Source of the DNA: Candidatus Rokuibacteriota bacterium
Lineage (GTDB): Bacteria; Methylomirabilota; Methylomirabilia; Rokubacteriales; DASRDR01
Direction of reading: 5' to 3'
Length of the DNA stretch: 37,991 bases
Assembly (NCBI GenBank): GCA_044866005.1
Contig: JBIOTN010000172.1
Coordinates: forward strand, 1-37,991
Both the position numbers and the translations under genes were made by a program. The notes under the pieces were generated by a model. It had not been told where the DNA came from. It worked only from the letters and a program-made list of their open reading frames with translations, and did no database searches. Of the stretch, positions 10,169 through 18,976 are shown in pieces (positions within the stretch are counted from its first letter, which is position 1; each line of letters starts with the position of its first letter).

Positions 10169-13100
10169 ATGGCCGACGACGCGCCCCGGAGGCGATCACC
10201 GCGGCCCGCCGCCGCTGACCGGAAGCCTGCCGCTCCCGCCTCACGCCGCGACCCCGGGCTCGTCGCCCAGCGCGCCCTCATCACGCTCGCCGAGGCGGCC
10301 ACCGCCGGGCTCACACCCCAGCAGATGCTCGAGCTGGTGGTCGCGGCCGCGGCCGCCCTGGCCGGCGAGGCGACCGTCCACCTCTGGCTCGTGGAGGACG
10401 AGCGGCGGGAGCTCCGGCTGGTCGCGGAGTCCGGGGCGCGGCCCGGTCGACGGGGCGTGCTGCCTCAACCCATGCTCAAGATCGGCGAGGGCCTCGCCGG
10501 CACGATCGCCGCCAGCCGGGAGCCGCTCGTGGTCGCCTCGCTCCGCGACGAGCGCCGCGTCGCCAACGTCCAGTGGATACGCGACCAGGGCTTCGTCTCG
10601 TTCGCCGGGGTGCCGTTCGCCCGGGCCAATCGCCTGATCGGCGTGCTCTGCCTCTTCACCTGGCGCCGGCGCCGGTTCACGCGCCACGAGGTCGACCTCC
10701 TGCGGACCTTCGCGAGCCACGCCGCCGTCGCGGTCGAGAGCGCGGCGCTGCTCGACACCGCGACCCGCCGGCTGAGCCGGCTGGAAGCGCTGCGCGAGAT
10801 CGAGCGCGAGATCTCCGAGCAGCGGGATCCCGAGACGCTGCTCGGCCTCATCAGCCGCCGCGCCACGGAGCTGCTGGGGGGGGCCTCCGGTACCGTCTTC
10901 CTGCTCGACGAGGCCGACGGGCGGCTCCGGCCGCACGCCTCCTTCAACGCGCCGGAGTGGCTTCCCGACGTCGCGCTCGGGCCCGGCGAGGGGGTCGCCG
11001 GGACCGTGGCCGTGCGGCGCCAGGGGATGATCGTCAACGACTACCCGCACTCGCCCTACGCCATCGCCCGCTTCCGCGACCTGGACTGGGCCGTCGCGGC
11101 CCAGCCGCTCGTCCACGGCGAGACGCTCTACGGCGTGATCCTCGTGCGGCACTCGACCGTGGACCGGCCCTTCAGCGAGGCCGACCTCGTCCAGCTGGGC
11201 GACTTCGCCGTGCAGGCCTCCATCGCCATCGACAACGCGCGCCTGCTGCGATTGGCGTCCGCGCGGGCGGAGCGGGTGAAGGTGGCGGCGGAGGTGGGCC
11301 GCCTGCTGGCCTCGACCCTGGATGCGGACCGGATCGTCGGCCTGATCGCCGAGAAGTGCCGCGAGATCCTGGGCGTGGAGGGTTTCGGGCTCTTCCGGTT
11401 CAACGCCGAGGGGCGGCTCTGCTACGAGCGCGGCTTCGGGTTCGACGAGACGTTCCTCGGCGAGCACACGCTCGCCGTGGGTGAAGGAGCGGTGGGCAAG
11501 GCCGTCCGCGAGCGGCGCTCGATCGTGACGTCCGACGTGCTGCGCGATCCGAACCTCGAGCTCTCGCCCGAGACGCGCCGCCGAGTCGAGCGCGCCGGCT
11601 CCCGCGCGCTCGTCGCGGTGCCCATCATGATCCGCAACGAGATCCTCGGGGTCCTCGCGGTCTACCATCCGCCCGGCTTCCGGGTCCCCGCCGAGGAGAC
11701 CGAGTTCCTGGAGACGCTGGCCAACCACGCCGCCGCCGCGCTCGAGAACGCGCGGCTGTTCGCGCAGACGCGCCACCGCCAGGTTTCCGCGGAGACGTTG
11801 GCGGCGCTCACCCAGACCCTCACCGGCTCCCTCGACCTGCCGACCGTCCTGTCCCTGGTCGCCGACGGGATCCGCCGGCTGCTCGGGTCCGACGGCGGGG
11901 CCATCGGGCTCGTCGAGGCGGACGGCGTGATCCGCCTGAACGTGGCGATCGGCCTCGGGGCCGACGCGTTCCGCGGGATGACGATCCGGCCCGGTCAGGG
12001 CGCCGGCGGGCTGGTGCTCGAGCGCGGGGAGGCGTTCTGGACCGCCGACTACCTCGGTGACCCGCGCATCTCGGCCGACTTCGCCGAGCAGGCCCGCGCC
12101 GCCGGGCTCGTCGGCGAGCTCGCCGTTCCGGTCCGGCTGCGCGGGGAGACGGTCGGCGTCTTGTGGGCGCTCTACGGGCGCGCCGTCGACATCGCGGAGG
12201 ACGACCTCACGCTCGCCGCGGATCTGGCGCAGGTCGTCGCCATCGCCCTCGAGAACGCCCGGCTCTACCAGCAGACGCGCCAGCGGGAGGCCGAAGCGCG
12301 GGCCCTGTTCGAGGTGGGTCGTCTGATCGGCGCGACGCTGGACCCGGAGCGCGTCCTCGACCTCATCGTCGAGAAGGTCGTCGGCCTCATGGGCGTGCCC
12401 GCCTGCGGCATCTTCCGGCTGGAGGACGGGAAGCTCCGCTACGCCCGGGGGACGGGGCTGTCCGCCGAGTTCGTCCGCGCGCTGAGCGTGGCGGTCGGCG
12501 AGGGCACCTCCGGCCGCTCCGTCGCCGAGCGGGCGCCGGTCTGGACCGTGGACATCCTGGCGGACCGGGCGGTGCCGCTGGCGCCGGCCACGCGCGCCCT
12601 CGTGGAGCGGGAGCGATTCCGCGCGGTCCTCTCGGTACCGATCCGGATCATGGACGCGCCCTTCGGCTGCCTGGCGACGTACTGGTGGGAGCCCCACAAG
12701 CCCACTCCCGGCGAGGTCGAGACCCTCTCCTCGCTCGCCACGCTCGCCGCCGTGGCCCTCGAGAACGCCCGCCTCTACGGCGAGGCCCGCCAGTACGTCG
12801 GCCGGCTGGAGCGCCTGAACGCGGTCAACCGCGAGGTGTCGGCCTCGCTGCGGCTCGACGAGGTGATCGGGAAGGTCGTCGAGGCGGCGGTCGCCCTGTT
12901 CGGCTCGCCGCTCGGCACGTTCTGGGTGGCGGACGAGCCACGGCGCGTCCTCACGCGCCGGGCCGGGATCGGGGATCCCGAGATACTCGCGCGGATGCCG
13001 ACCGAGTTCGCGTACGGGGAGGGCGCGATCGGCTGGATCGCCGAGCACCGGCAGCCGCTCCTCGATCTGGCCGTCGAGAGCGATGCGCGGGTCGCGGGGC

Positions 13101-14968
13101 GCGATCGGTTGCTGGCGCGCGGCATCACCGCGCTGCGCGGCGTCCCGGTGCTGGTGGGCAATCGCCTGCTCGGCGTCCTCAAGATCGGCGGGCGCCGCGA
13201 GGCCCCCTTGACCACGGCCGACGTGGCGCTGTTACAGACGCTCACCGGGCAGGCGGCGGTCGCGCTCGAGAACGCCCGGCTCTACGAGGAGGCCCAGCAG
13301 CAGGAGGCCCAGGCCATCGCGCTGGCCGAAGCCTCGCGCCGGTTCAGCGCGACGCTCCGGCGGGAGGCGGTCTTCGACCACCTGGTCGAGGCCGCCGAGC
13401 AGATGCTCGGCGCGAGCTGGTCGGCCCTCCTGGCCCGTCCCGAGCTGGGCGAGGTCCGTCCCCTCGGGCGGCGCCGGTCGGCCGACGCCGCGCCGGCGGC
13501 GACGGCCACGGCGCCGCTCTGGACGGGCATCGCCGAGGGCCTGGCCGGGCCGACCGTGACCGCCGGCCTGCCGCTCCTGCTCCGGGACGTGCGGGACCTG
13601 CCGCCGGCGCACCCGGCGCGTCCGGAGCTCGAGCGCTGGGCGGTCCGATCGGCGCTCCTGGTGCCGGTGAGCGCCGGCGGCGTCGTCCGTGCCCTGCTCG
13701 CGGGAGCGGTCCGGGACGAGTCGCGGCCGCCGTTCACGGATCGCGACCTGCGGCTCGCCGAGGCGCTCGCCGAACGGGCCGCAACCGCGCTCGAGAACGC
13801 CCGGCTCTTCGAGGAGCTGACGCGGGCCTACCAGGACCTCAAGACCGCCCAGGAGCACCTGGTCCAGACCGAGAAGCTCCGCGCGCTCGGGGAGATGGCC
13901 TCCGGCGTGGCGCACGACTTCAACAACATCCTGGCGGCGATCCTGGGCCGGGTCCAGCTCATCCTCACGCAGGTCGGGGAGCCGACGCTCCGGCGCTGGC
14001 TCCAGGTGATCGAGCGCGCGGCCCTGGACGGCGCGCAGACGGTGCGGCAGATCCAGGAGTTCACGCGCGTCCGCCGGGACCAGCCGGCCGAGACGGTGGA
14101 CCTCAACCAGGTCGTCCGCGACTCCGTCGAGATGACGCAGACCCGGTGGCGCGATCACACGCAGTCCCAGGGGCTCGACGTCCGTGTCCTCGTGGACGTG
14201 GGAGAGGTCCCGCCGGTGGAGGGCCATGCGGCGGAGCTCCGGCAGATGCTCACGAACCTCATCCTCAACGCGGTGGACGCCCTGCCGCGGGGCGGCGCCA
14301 TCCGGATCGCGACCCGCGCGACCCCGGGCGCGGTGGAGGTGAGCGTCGCGGACACCGGCACCGGGATGTCGGACGAGGTGCGGCGGCGCATCTTCGAGCC
14401 GTTCTTCAGCACCAAGGGCCCGCAGGGCACCGGGCTCGGGCTGGCCATGGTCTACGGCATCGTCTCGCGACACGGGGGACAGGTGGCGGTCGAGTCGGAG
14501 GAGGGCCGGGGCTCGACCTTCACGATCCGCCTCCCCGCGGGGCACGGCACGGCCTCGACCGGCATCGGCCCGGCCGCGCTCCCCGCCGAGGCCGTCGCGC
14601 GCGTCCTGGTGATCGACGACGAGGAGCCGGTGCGGGAGGCCCTTGCGGACATGCTGCGCCTGAAGCACCATCAGGTGGTCGTCGCCACCCAGGGCGCCGA
14701 GGGGCTCGAGCGATTCCAGGCCGCGCCGTTCGATCTCGTGATGACCGACCTGGCGATGCCCGGCATGTCGGGCTGGCAGGTCGCCCAGGCGGTCAAGGCC
14801 CTCCGGCCGGACGTGCCGGTCGTCCTGGTGACCGGCTGGGGGGTGGAGCTGCCGGCCGAGCAGCTCCGCGCCAACGGGGTCGACCGGGTGATGACGAAGC
14901 CGTTCAAGATCGATCAGGTGCAGGAAGTCGTGGCCAGCTTCCGGAGCCGGCTCGCGCGGCGCAGCTGA
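10169..14968 (+). CDS. Soluble hybrid sensor histidine kinase: 7 tandem GAF domains, HisKA, HATPase and receiver
   Basis: Seven (E/D)NARL-type GAF-terminal motifs, AHDFNN H-box, NLILNAVDA, DTGTGM, FEPFFSTK, GTGLGL, receiver VIDDE...DLAMPGMSG...KPF. Confidence 0.92.
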   Translation: MADDAPRRRSPRPAAADRKPAAPASRRDPGLVAQRALITLAEAATAGLTPQQMLELVVAAAAALAGEATVHLWLVEDERRELRLVAESGARPGRRGVLPQPMLKIGEGLAGTIAASREPLVVASLRDERRVANVQWIRDQGFVSFAGVPFARANRLIGVLCLFTWRRRRFTRHEVDLLRTFASHAAVAVESAALLDTATRRLSRLEALREIEREISEQRDPETLLGLISRRATELLGGASGTVFLLDEADGRLRPHASFNAPEWLPDVALGPGEGVAGTVAVRRQGMIVNDYPHSPYAIARFRDLDWAVAAQPLVHGETLYGVILVRHSTVDRPFSEADLVQLGDFAVQASIAIDNARLLRLASARAERVKVAAEVGRLLASTLDADRIVGLIAEKCREILGVEGFGLFRFNAEGRLCYERGFGFDETFLGEHTLAVGEGAVGKAVRERRSIVTSDVLRDPNLELSPETRRRVERAGSRALVAVPIMIRNEILGVLAVYHPPGFRVPAEETEFLETLANHAAAALENARLFAQTRHRQVSAETLAALTQTLTGSLDLPTVLSLVADGIRRLLGSDGGAIGLVEADGVIRLNVAIGLGADAFRGMTIRPGQGAGGLVLERGEAFWTADYLGDPRISADFAEQARAAGLVGELAVPVRLRGETVGVLWALYGRAVDIAEDDLTLAADLAQVVAIALENARLYQQTRQREAEARALFEVGRLIGATLDPERVLDLIVEKVVGLMGVPACGIFRLEDGKLRYARGTGLSAEFVRALSVAVGEGTSGRSVAERAPVWTVDILADRAVPLAPATRALVERERFRAVLSVPIRIMDAPFGCLATYWWEPHKPTPGEVETLSSLATLAAVALENARLYGEARQYVGRLERLNAVNREVSASLRLDEVIGKVVEAAVALFGSPLGTFWVADEPRRVLTRRAGIGDPEILARMPTEFAYGEGAIGWIAEHRQPLLDLAVESDARVAGRDRLLARGITALRGVPVLVGNRLLGVLKIGGRREAPLTTADVALLQTLTGQAAVALENARLYEEAQQQEAQAIALAEASRRFSATLRREAVFDHLVEAAEQMLGASWSALLARPELGEVRPLGRRRSADAAPAATATAPLWTGIAEGLAGPTVTAGLPLLLRDVRDLPPAHPARPELERWAVRSALLVPVSAGGVVRALLAGAVRDESRPPFTDRDLRLAEALAERAATALENARLFEELTRAYQDLKTAQEHLVQTEKLRALGEMASGVAHDFNNILAAILGRVQLILTQVGEPTLRRWLQVIERAALDGAQTVRQIQEFTRVRRDQPAETVDLNQVVRDSVEMTQTRWRDHTQSQGLDVRVLVDVGEVPPVEGHAAELRQMLTNLILNAVDALPRGGAIRIATRATPGAVEVSVADTGTGMSDEVRRRIFEPFFSTKGPQGTGLGLAMVYGIVSRHGGQVAVESEEGRGSTFTIRLPAGHGTASTGIGPAALPAEAVARVLVIDDEEPVREALADMLRLKHHQVVVATQGAEGLERFQAAPFDLVMTDLAMPGMSGWQVAQAVKALRPDVPVVLVTGWGVELPAEQLRANGVDRVMTKPFKIDQVQEVVASFRSRLARRS

Positions 14969-14981
14969 GGAGGGCCAGGGC

Positions 14982-16055
14982 ATGAGCAGCCCGGTGATCG
15001 TCGAGGCGATTCGCGTGCTGGTGGAGCGGCGCGATCTCAGCCGCCTCGAGGCGGCCGCCGCGATGGAGTCCATCATGTCGGGCGGCGCGACCCATGCCCA
15101 GGTCGCGGCGTTCCTGACGGCGCTCCGGATGAAGGGCGAGACGGTGGACGAGCTGGTGGGCTTCGCCGAGGTCATGCGGCTCAAGGCGGTCCGGGTGCGC
15201 ACCCGGAGCGAGGTGGAGGCGGCGCTGACCGGCACCGATCGCGAGATGCTCCTCGACACCTGCGGCACCGGTGGGGACGCCTCGGGCACCTTCAACGTGT
15301 CCACGGCGACCGCCTTCGTGGTCGCCGGCGCGGGCGTCAAGGTCGCCAAGCACGGCAACCGGTCGGTGTCGAGCCTCTGCGGCTCGGCGGACGTCGTGGA
15401 GACCCTCGGGATCAACCTGGACCTCGTTCCGGCCAAGGTCGGCCAGTGCATCGACGAGGTGGGGATCGGCTTTCTCTACGCCCCGCTCCTCCACACCGCG
15501 ATGAAGCACGTCATGCCCGCCCGGCGCGAGATGGGCATCCGCACCGTCTTCAACGTGCTCGGCCCGCTCACCAACCCGGCCGGCGCCAACGCGCAGGTCA
15601 TCGGCGTCTACGCGCGCGGCCTGGTGGAGCCGCTGGCCCGGGTCCTGGCGGAGCTCGGGACCATCCGCGCGTTCGTCGTGCACGGCGCGGACGGCCTCGA
15701 CGAGATCTCGACGACCGGTGAGAGCTGGGTCGCCGAGGTCCGCGAGGGACTCGTCCGGACCGCCGCCGTGCGTCCCGAGGATTTCGGGGTCCCGTCCGCC
15801 TCGATCGCCGACCTCCGGGGCGGCGACCGCGAGGAGAACGCGGAGATCATCCGTCGCATCCTGGGCGGGGAGCCGGGGCCGAAGCGCGACATGGTGGTGG
15901 TCAACGCGGGCGCGGCCCTCGTGGCCGGCGGGCGGGCCCGCGACTTCAAGGAAGGGGCGCACCTGGCCGCCCAGTCCATCGACAGCGGCGCCGCGCTCGT
16001 CAAGCTGCGGGCGCTCGCCGAGCTCTCGCACCGCCTGACGCCCGACAAGGGCTAG
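14982..16055 (+). CDS. trpD: Anthranilate phosphoribosyltransferase
   Basis: ALRMKGET, DTCGTGGD, FNVSTA, AKHGNRSVSS, GSADV, RTVFNVLGPLTNP, GLDEIS. Confidence 0.96.
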   Translation: MSSPVIVEAIRVLVERRDLSRLEAAAAMESIMSGGATHAQVAAFLTALRMKGETVDELVGFAEVMRLKAVRVRTRSEVEAALTGTDREMLLDTCGTGGDASGTFNVSTATAFVVAGAGVKVAKHGNRSVSSLCGSADVVETLGINLDLVPAKVGQCIDEVGIGFLYAPLLHTAMKHVMPARREMGIRTVFNVLGPLTNPAGANAQVIGVYARGLVEPLARVLAELGTIRAFVVHGADGLDEISTTGESWVAEVREGLVRTAAVRPEDFGVPSASIADLRGGDREENAEIIRRILGGEPGPKRDMVVVNAGAALVAGGRARDFKEGAHLAAQSIDSGAALVKLRALAELSHRLTPDKG

Positions 16056-16095
16056 CCGCCGGCGGGACCGGGACCGCCCGCCGGACCTTGCCGCG

Positions 16096-16568
16096 GTGGA
16101 CACGCTCGCCCTCCTCGGAAGCGCGCTCGAGTTCCTGGCCGACCGGTCCCCTGGCTCGACTCCGCGTGGGACGTCCTCCACACGGTCATCCGGCCGGTCG
16201 GCGGCGCCGTCCTGGCGAGCCGGGTGCTCGGCGAGCGGAGCCCGTCGGCCGCGGTGATCGCCCTGCTCCTCCTCGGCGGTACCACGCTCGCCGCCCCCGG
16301 CGCCAGGGCGCGCCTCCGGCTGGCCGTCGATTCGAGTCCGGAGCCGGTCTCGAACGTGCTCCTGAGCCTCGGGGGGAACGCGGTGGTGGTCGGCGCCGTC
16401 TGGCTCGCCCTGCGCCATCCGGTCGTCGCGCTGGGGGCCGGCCTCGACGGCCTGGTGCTCGCGGTCCTGGCCGTCGTCTGGCTCGGCGGTCGCGTCCGGC
16501 GCGCGCTCCGGGCCCGCCGCCGCCGGGTGGCCGCCCGGCTCCCCGCGGGTCGCGGGTTGTCCGGCTGA
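16096..16568 (+). pseudogene. Degraded DUF4126-family membrane protein (frameshift near 16146, probable N-terminal internal deletion)
   Basis: From GTG 16096 the frame reads VDTLALLGSALEFLADR; the family-like continuation VPWLDSAWDVLHTVIRPVGGAVLA...SSPEPVSNVLLSL is in another frame starting at 16146. Confidence 0.65.
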
Positions 16569-16593
16569 CCCGGGGCGGGCCCCGGACTCGTCG

Positions 16594-17598
16594 ATGACCG
16601 AGCCGATCCACCTCACGTACCTCGGCGGGCCCGACATCGCGGCGCTCGCCCTCACCGACGAGGAGATCCTGGCCGCCGTCGAGGCGGCCCTGCTCGCCCA
16701 GGGCCGGCGCGAGGCGGTGATCGAGCCGCGGGTCCACCTCGTGCCCGACCCGGCCGTCCGCGGCCACTTCAACGTGCTCCGTGGCTACGTCGCGCCCCTC
16801 GGCGTGGCCGGGGTCAAGATCGTCGGCGACTACGTCGACAACTACACCCGCGGGCTTCCCTCCGAGATGGCCTTGCTCAACCTCTTCGACCCGCACACCG
16901 GCACCCCCCTGGCGGTGCTGGACGCCAGTGCCATCACCGCCATGCGGACCGGCGCGATGACGGCGATCGGGGCCCGGTACCTGGCCCGCCGGGAGAGCCG
17001 CGTCCTCGGTCACCTCGGCGCGCGGGGCTCGGCCTACTGGAACGTCCGGCTCCTCGACCGCCTCTTCGACTTCGCCGAGATCCGGGTCCACTCGCGCCGG
17101 CGGGAGAGCCGGGACGCCTTCGGGGCCCGGCTCTCCGCCGACCTCGGCAAGCCGGTCGCGGTCGTGGAGGACTGGGCGCGCTGTGTCCGCGACGCGGACG
17201 TCGTGGTGGAGGCCACGCGCCTGCCCGCGCCGGCGCCGCTCCTCAAGACCGAGTGGATCCGGCGCGGCGCGTGCGTGATCCCCTACGGCACGATGAGCGC
17301 GGTGGAGCTCTCGCTCACCGACATCATGGACAAGGTCGTGGTGGACGACTGGGGCCAGTGCCGGGGCGGGATGTTCGGCGCCCTCCGCCCGCACGTCGAC
17401 GCGGGGAAGCTCTCCGAGCGGACCCTCCACGGCGAGCTGGCGGAGATCGTCGCGGGGCACAAGCCGGGGCGGGAGCGCGAGGACGAGACGATCTGCTTCT
17501 GGCATCGGGGTCTCGGCACGACCGACATCGCGCTCGGCCACGCCCTGCTGGCGAAGGCCGCGAAGCGCGGCATCGGCCAGCGCCTCCGCTACGCCTAG
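16594..17598 (+). CDS. Ornithine cyclodeaminase / mu-crystallin family protein
   Basis: AGVKIVGDYVDN, ITAMRTGA, GHLGARGSA, DADVVVEAT, GELAEIVAG, HRGLGTTDIALG. Confidence 0.88.
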   Translation: MTEPIHLTYLGGPDIAALALTDEEILAAVEAALLAQGRREAVIEPRVHLVPDPAVRGHFNVLRGYVAPLGVAGVKIVGDYVDNYTRGLPSEMALLNLFDPHTGTPLAVLDASAITAMRTGAMTAIGARYLARRESRVLGHLGARGSAYWNVRLLDRLFDFAEIRVHSRRRESRDAFGARLSADLGKPVAVVEDWARCVRDADVVVEATRLPAPAPLLKTEWIRRGACVIPYGTMSAVELSLTDIMDKVVVDDWGQCRGGMFGALRPHVDAGKLSERTLHGELAEIVAGHKPGREREDETICFWHRGLGTTDIALGHALLAKAAKRGIGQRLRYA

Positions 17599-17657
17599 CC
17601 TAGACGTGAGCCCCTGGACCGACCGCGAGTCACGAACAGGAAAGGGGGACTCGGATC

Positions 17658-18371
17658 ATGATCGACGCTCGGGTTCTGGCGCGCGCATACCATGCCCTCA
17701 TGAGCGGCTTCGTGCGGACGGGACGCGCGCTGCACTACACGGAGCTGGGCCGGACGCTCGGCGTGACCCCGGACCAGGCGCGACAGATCCAGAACGATCT
17801 CGTGGCGTCCGGCCTGCCCATCTGGATCCACCCGGATACCGACTCCATCTCGGCGATGTCACCCTTCTCCAGCCTCCCGACCAATTACCGGATCTCGGTG
17901 GACGGCGTCCAGCGGTGGTATGCCATCTGAGGTCTCGAGACGCCGGCAGTTAGCTGGCTCTTCCCCGACACGGACGTCCGCATCGAGGCGCTATGCCTGG
18001 ACTGCGCCGAGCCCATGCTCGTGCAGATGCGGGACGGTCGGCTTGTGGAAGCGACGCCTCAGACCATCGTGGGGCATACCAACCTGCCGGCGCCGCGCTG
18101 GCGCGAGAACTGGACGCTCACCTGAAGCAACATGAACCTCTTCCGGTCGGAAGAGCACGCGCGTCGCTGGTCGCGCTATGACCCGGCCGCGCGGGAGGGC
18201 ACGCTCCCGCTGCGGGACTGGGTGCACGTCTTCAGCGTCGATTACTGCCGCAAGCGGCTGGAACCCGATTACTTCCTGAGCGCGTGGGAGTTGCGCGCCG
18301 GCCTCTTCCAGGCGCTCGCGGCGCTCGGCAAGACGGGGCCGTTCTGGGGCACGCCGGCGGCAACTCCGTGA
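17658..18371 (+). CDS. MerB (organomercurial lyase)-like selenoprotein, 237 aa, two in-frame TGA read as Sec (U91, U156)
   Basis: One frame from ATG 17658 (RBS AAGGGGGA) to TGA 18369 is interrupted only by TGA 17928-17930 and TGA 18123-18125. Contexts WYAI-U-GLET and WTLT-U-SNMNLFRSEEHARRW parallel MerB's WCALD and FCCHVHFFAS motifs; there is a hairpin after each TGA. Confidence 0.85.
17937..17962 (+). promoter_or_regulatory. Candidate bacterial SECIS element 1
   Basis: GAGA-c-GCCGGC [AGTTA] GCTGGC-TCTT stem-loop; loop starts 17 nt after TGA 17930 with G at loop position 2. Confidence 0.7.
18138..18155 (+). promoter_or_regulatory. Candidate bacterial SECIS element 2
   Basis: Perfect stem CTCTTCC [GGTC] GGAAGAG; loop starts 19 nt after TGA 18125 and begins with GG. 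Confidence 0.75.
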
Positions 18372-18937
18372 GCCAGGCCCGCGGAAACGCCCGGCTGGAG
18401 GCGCTGGCCCTGGCCCGACGTGCACTGGAGTCGGCGCCGTCGCCCGGTGAGATCCTCCGCGTCCTGAGCGCGAGCGCGCGAGAGATCGTGGGCGCGCATC
18501 AGTCCGCGGCGAGCCTGGTGATCGACGGGAACTGGGCGCACGCGGTCAATGCGGTGTCCCTCTCGGACAAGTACGCCGCCTGGCACCAGTATGATGAGAG
18601 GCCCGACGGCAGTGGAATTTACCGACTGGTCTGCGAGGCGAATCGTCCCCTCCGGATGACGCAGGCGGAACTCGAGGGGCACCGCGCGTGGCGCGGGTTC
18701 GGCGCGGCCGCAGGCCGACACCCGCCGATGCGCGGCTGGCTCGCCGCGCCGCTCACCGGGCGCCGGGGTCGGAACACCGGCCTCGTCCAGCTGTCGGACC
18801 GGTACGTCGGCGACTTCACGGCAGAGGACGAGGCGCTGCTCGTGGAGCTGGCTGCGATGGCGTCCGTCGCCATCGACGACGTCCGGGCCGAATCGCGGCG
18901 GCGGCGGCGCTCGGAAAGGTCGACCGGCGCTCCTTAG
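18368..18937 (+). CDS. Stand-alone GAF domain protein
   Basis: GTG overlaps the MerB-like stop (GTGA); AREIVGAH, HPPMRGWLAAPL, GLVQLSD, DFTAEDEALLVELAAMASVAI. Confidence 0.82.
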   Translation: MSQARGNARLEALALARRALESAPSPGEILRVLSASAREIVGAHQSAASLVIDGNWAHAVNAVSLSDKYAAWHQYDERPDGSGIYRLVCEANRPLRMTQAELEGHRAWRGFGAAAGRHPPMRGWLAAPLTGRRGRNTGLVQLSDRYVGDFTAEDEALLVELAAMASVAIDDVRAESRRRRRSERSTGAP

Positions 18938-18976
18938 GGCGTCGACGTGAGCCGGGCCCTGCGCGCGGGACGCGCG

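Noticed and set aside
10700..13810. Recurrent CTCGAGAACGCCCGGCTC-like repeats as a CRISPR array or DNA repeat element
   Set aside because: They encode the LENARL motif ending each GAF domain and are about 500 bp apart inside a CDS.
4987..15451. Long antisense and alternate-frame ORFs (e.g. 4987-7893, 10241-13048, 12163-14985, 13232-15451)
   Set aside because: They are shadows of well-supported genes in very GC-rich DNA and have no recognisable motifs.
17658..18371. Alternative genetic code (TGA=Trp/Gly) or a simple pseudogene as the explanation for the in-frame TGAs
   Set aside because: TGA ends many intact genes here, often in ATGA/GTGA overlaps, and Trp is encoded by TGG. Two independent nonsense changes landing on both catalytic Cys positions, each followed by a hairpin, is unlikely.
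18132..18371. Independent 79-aa gene starting at ATG 18132
   Set aside because: It has no clear RBS and is in frame with the upstream MerB-like segments, so it is better explained as their C-terminus.
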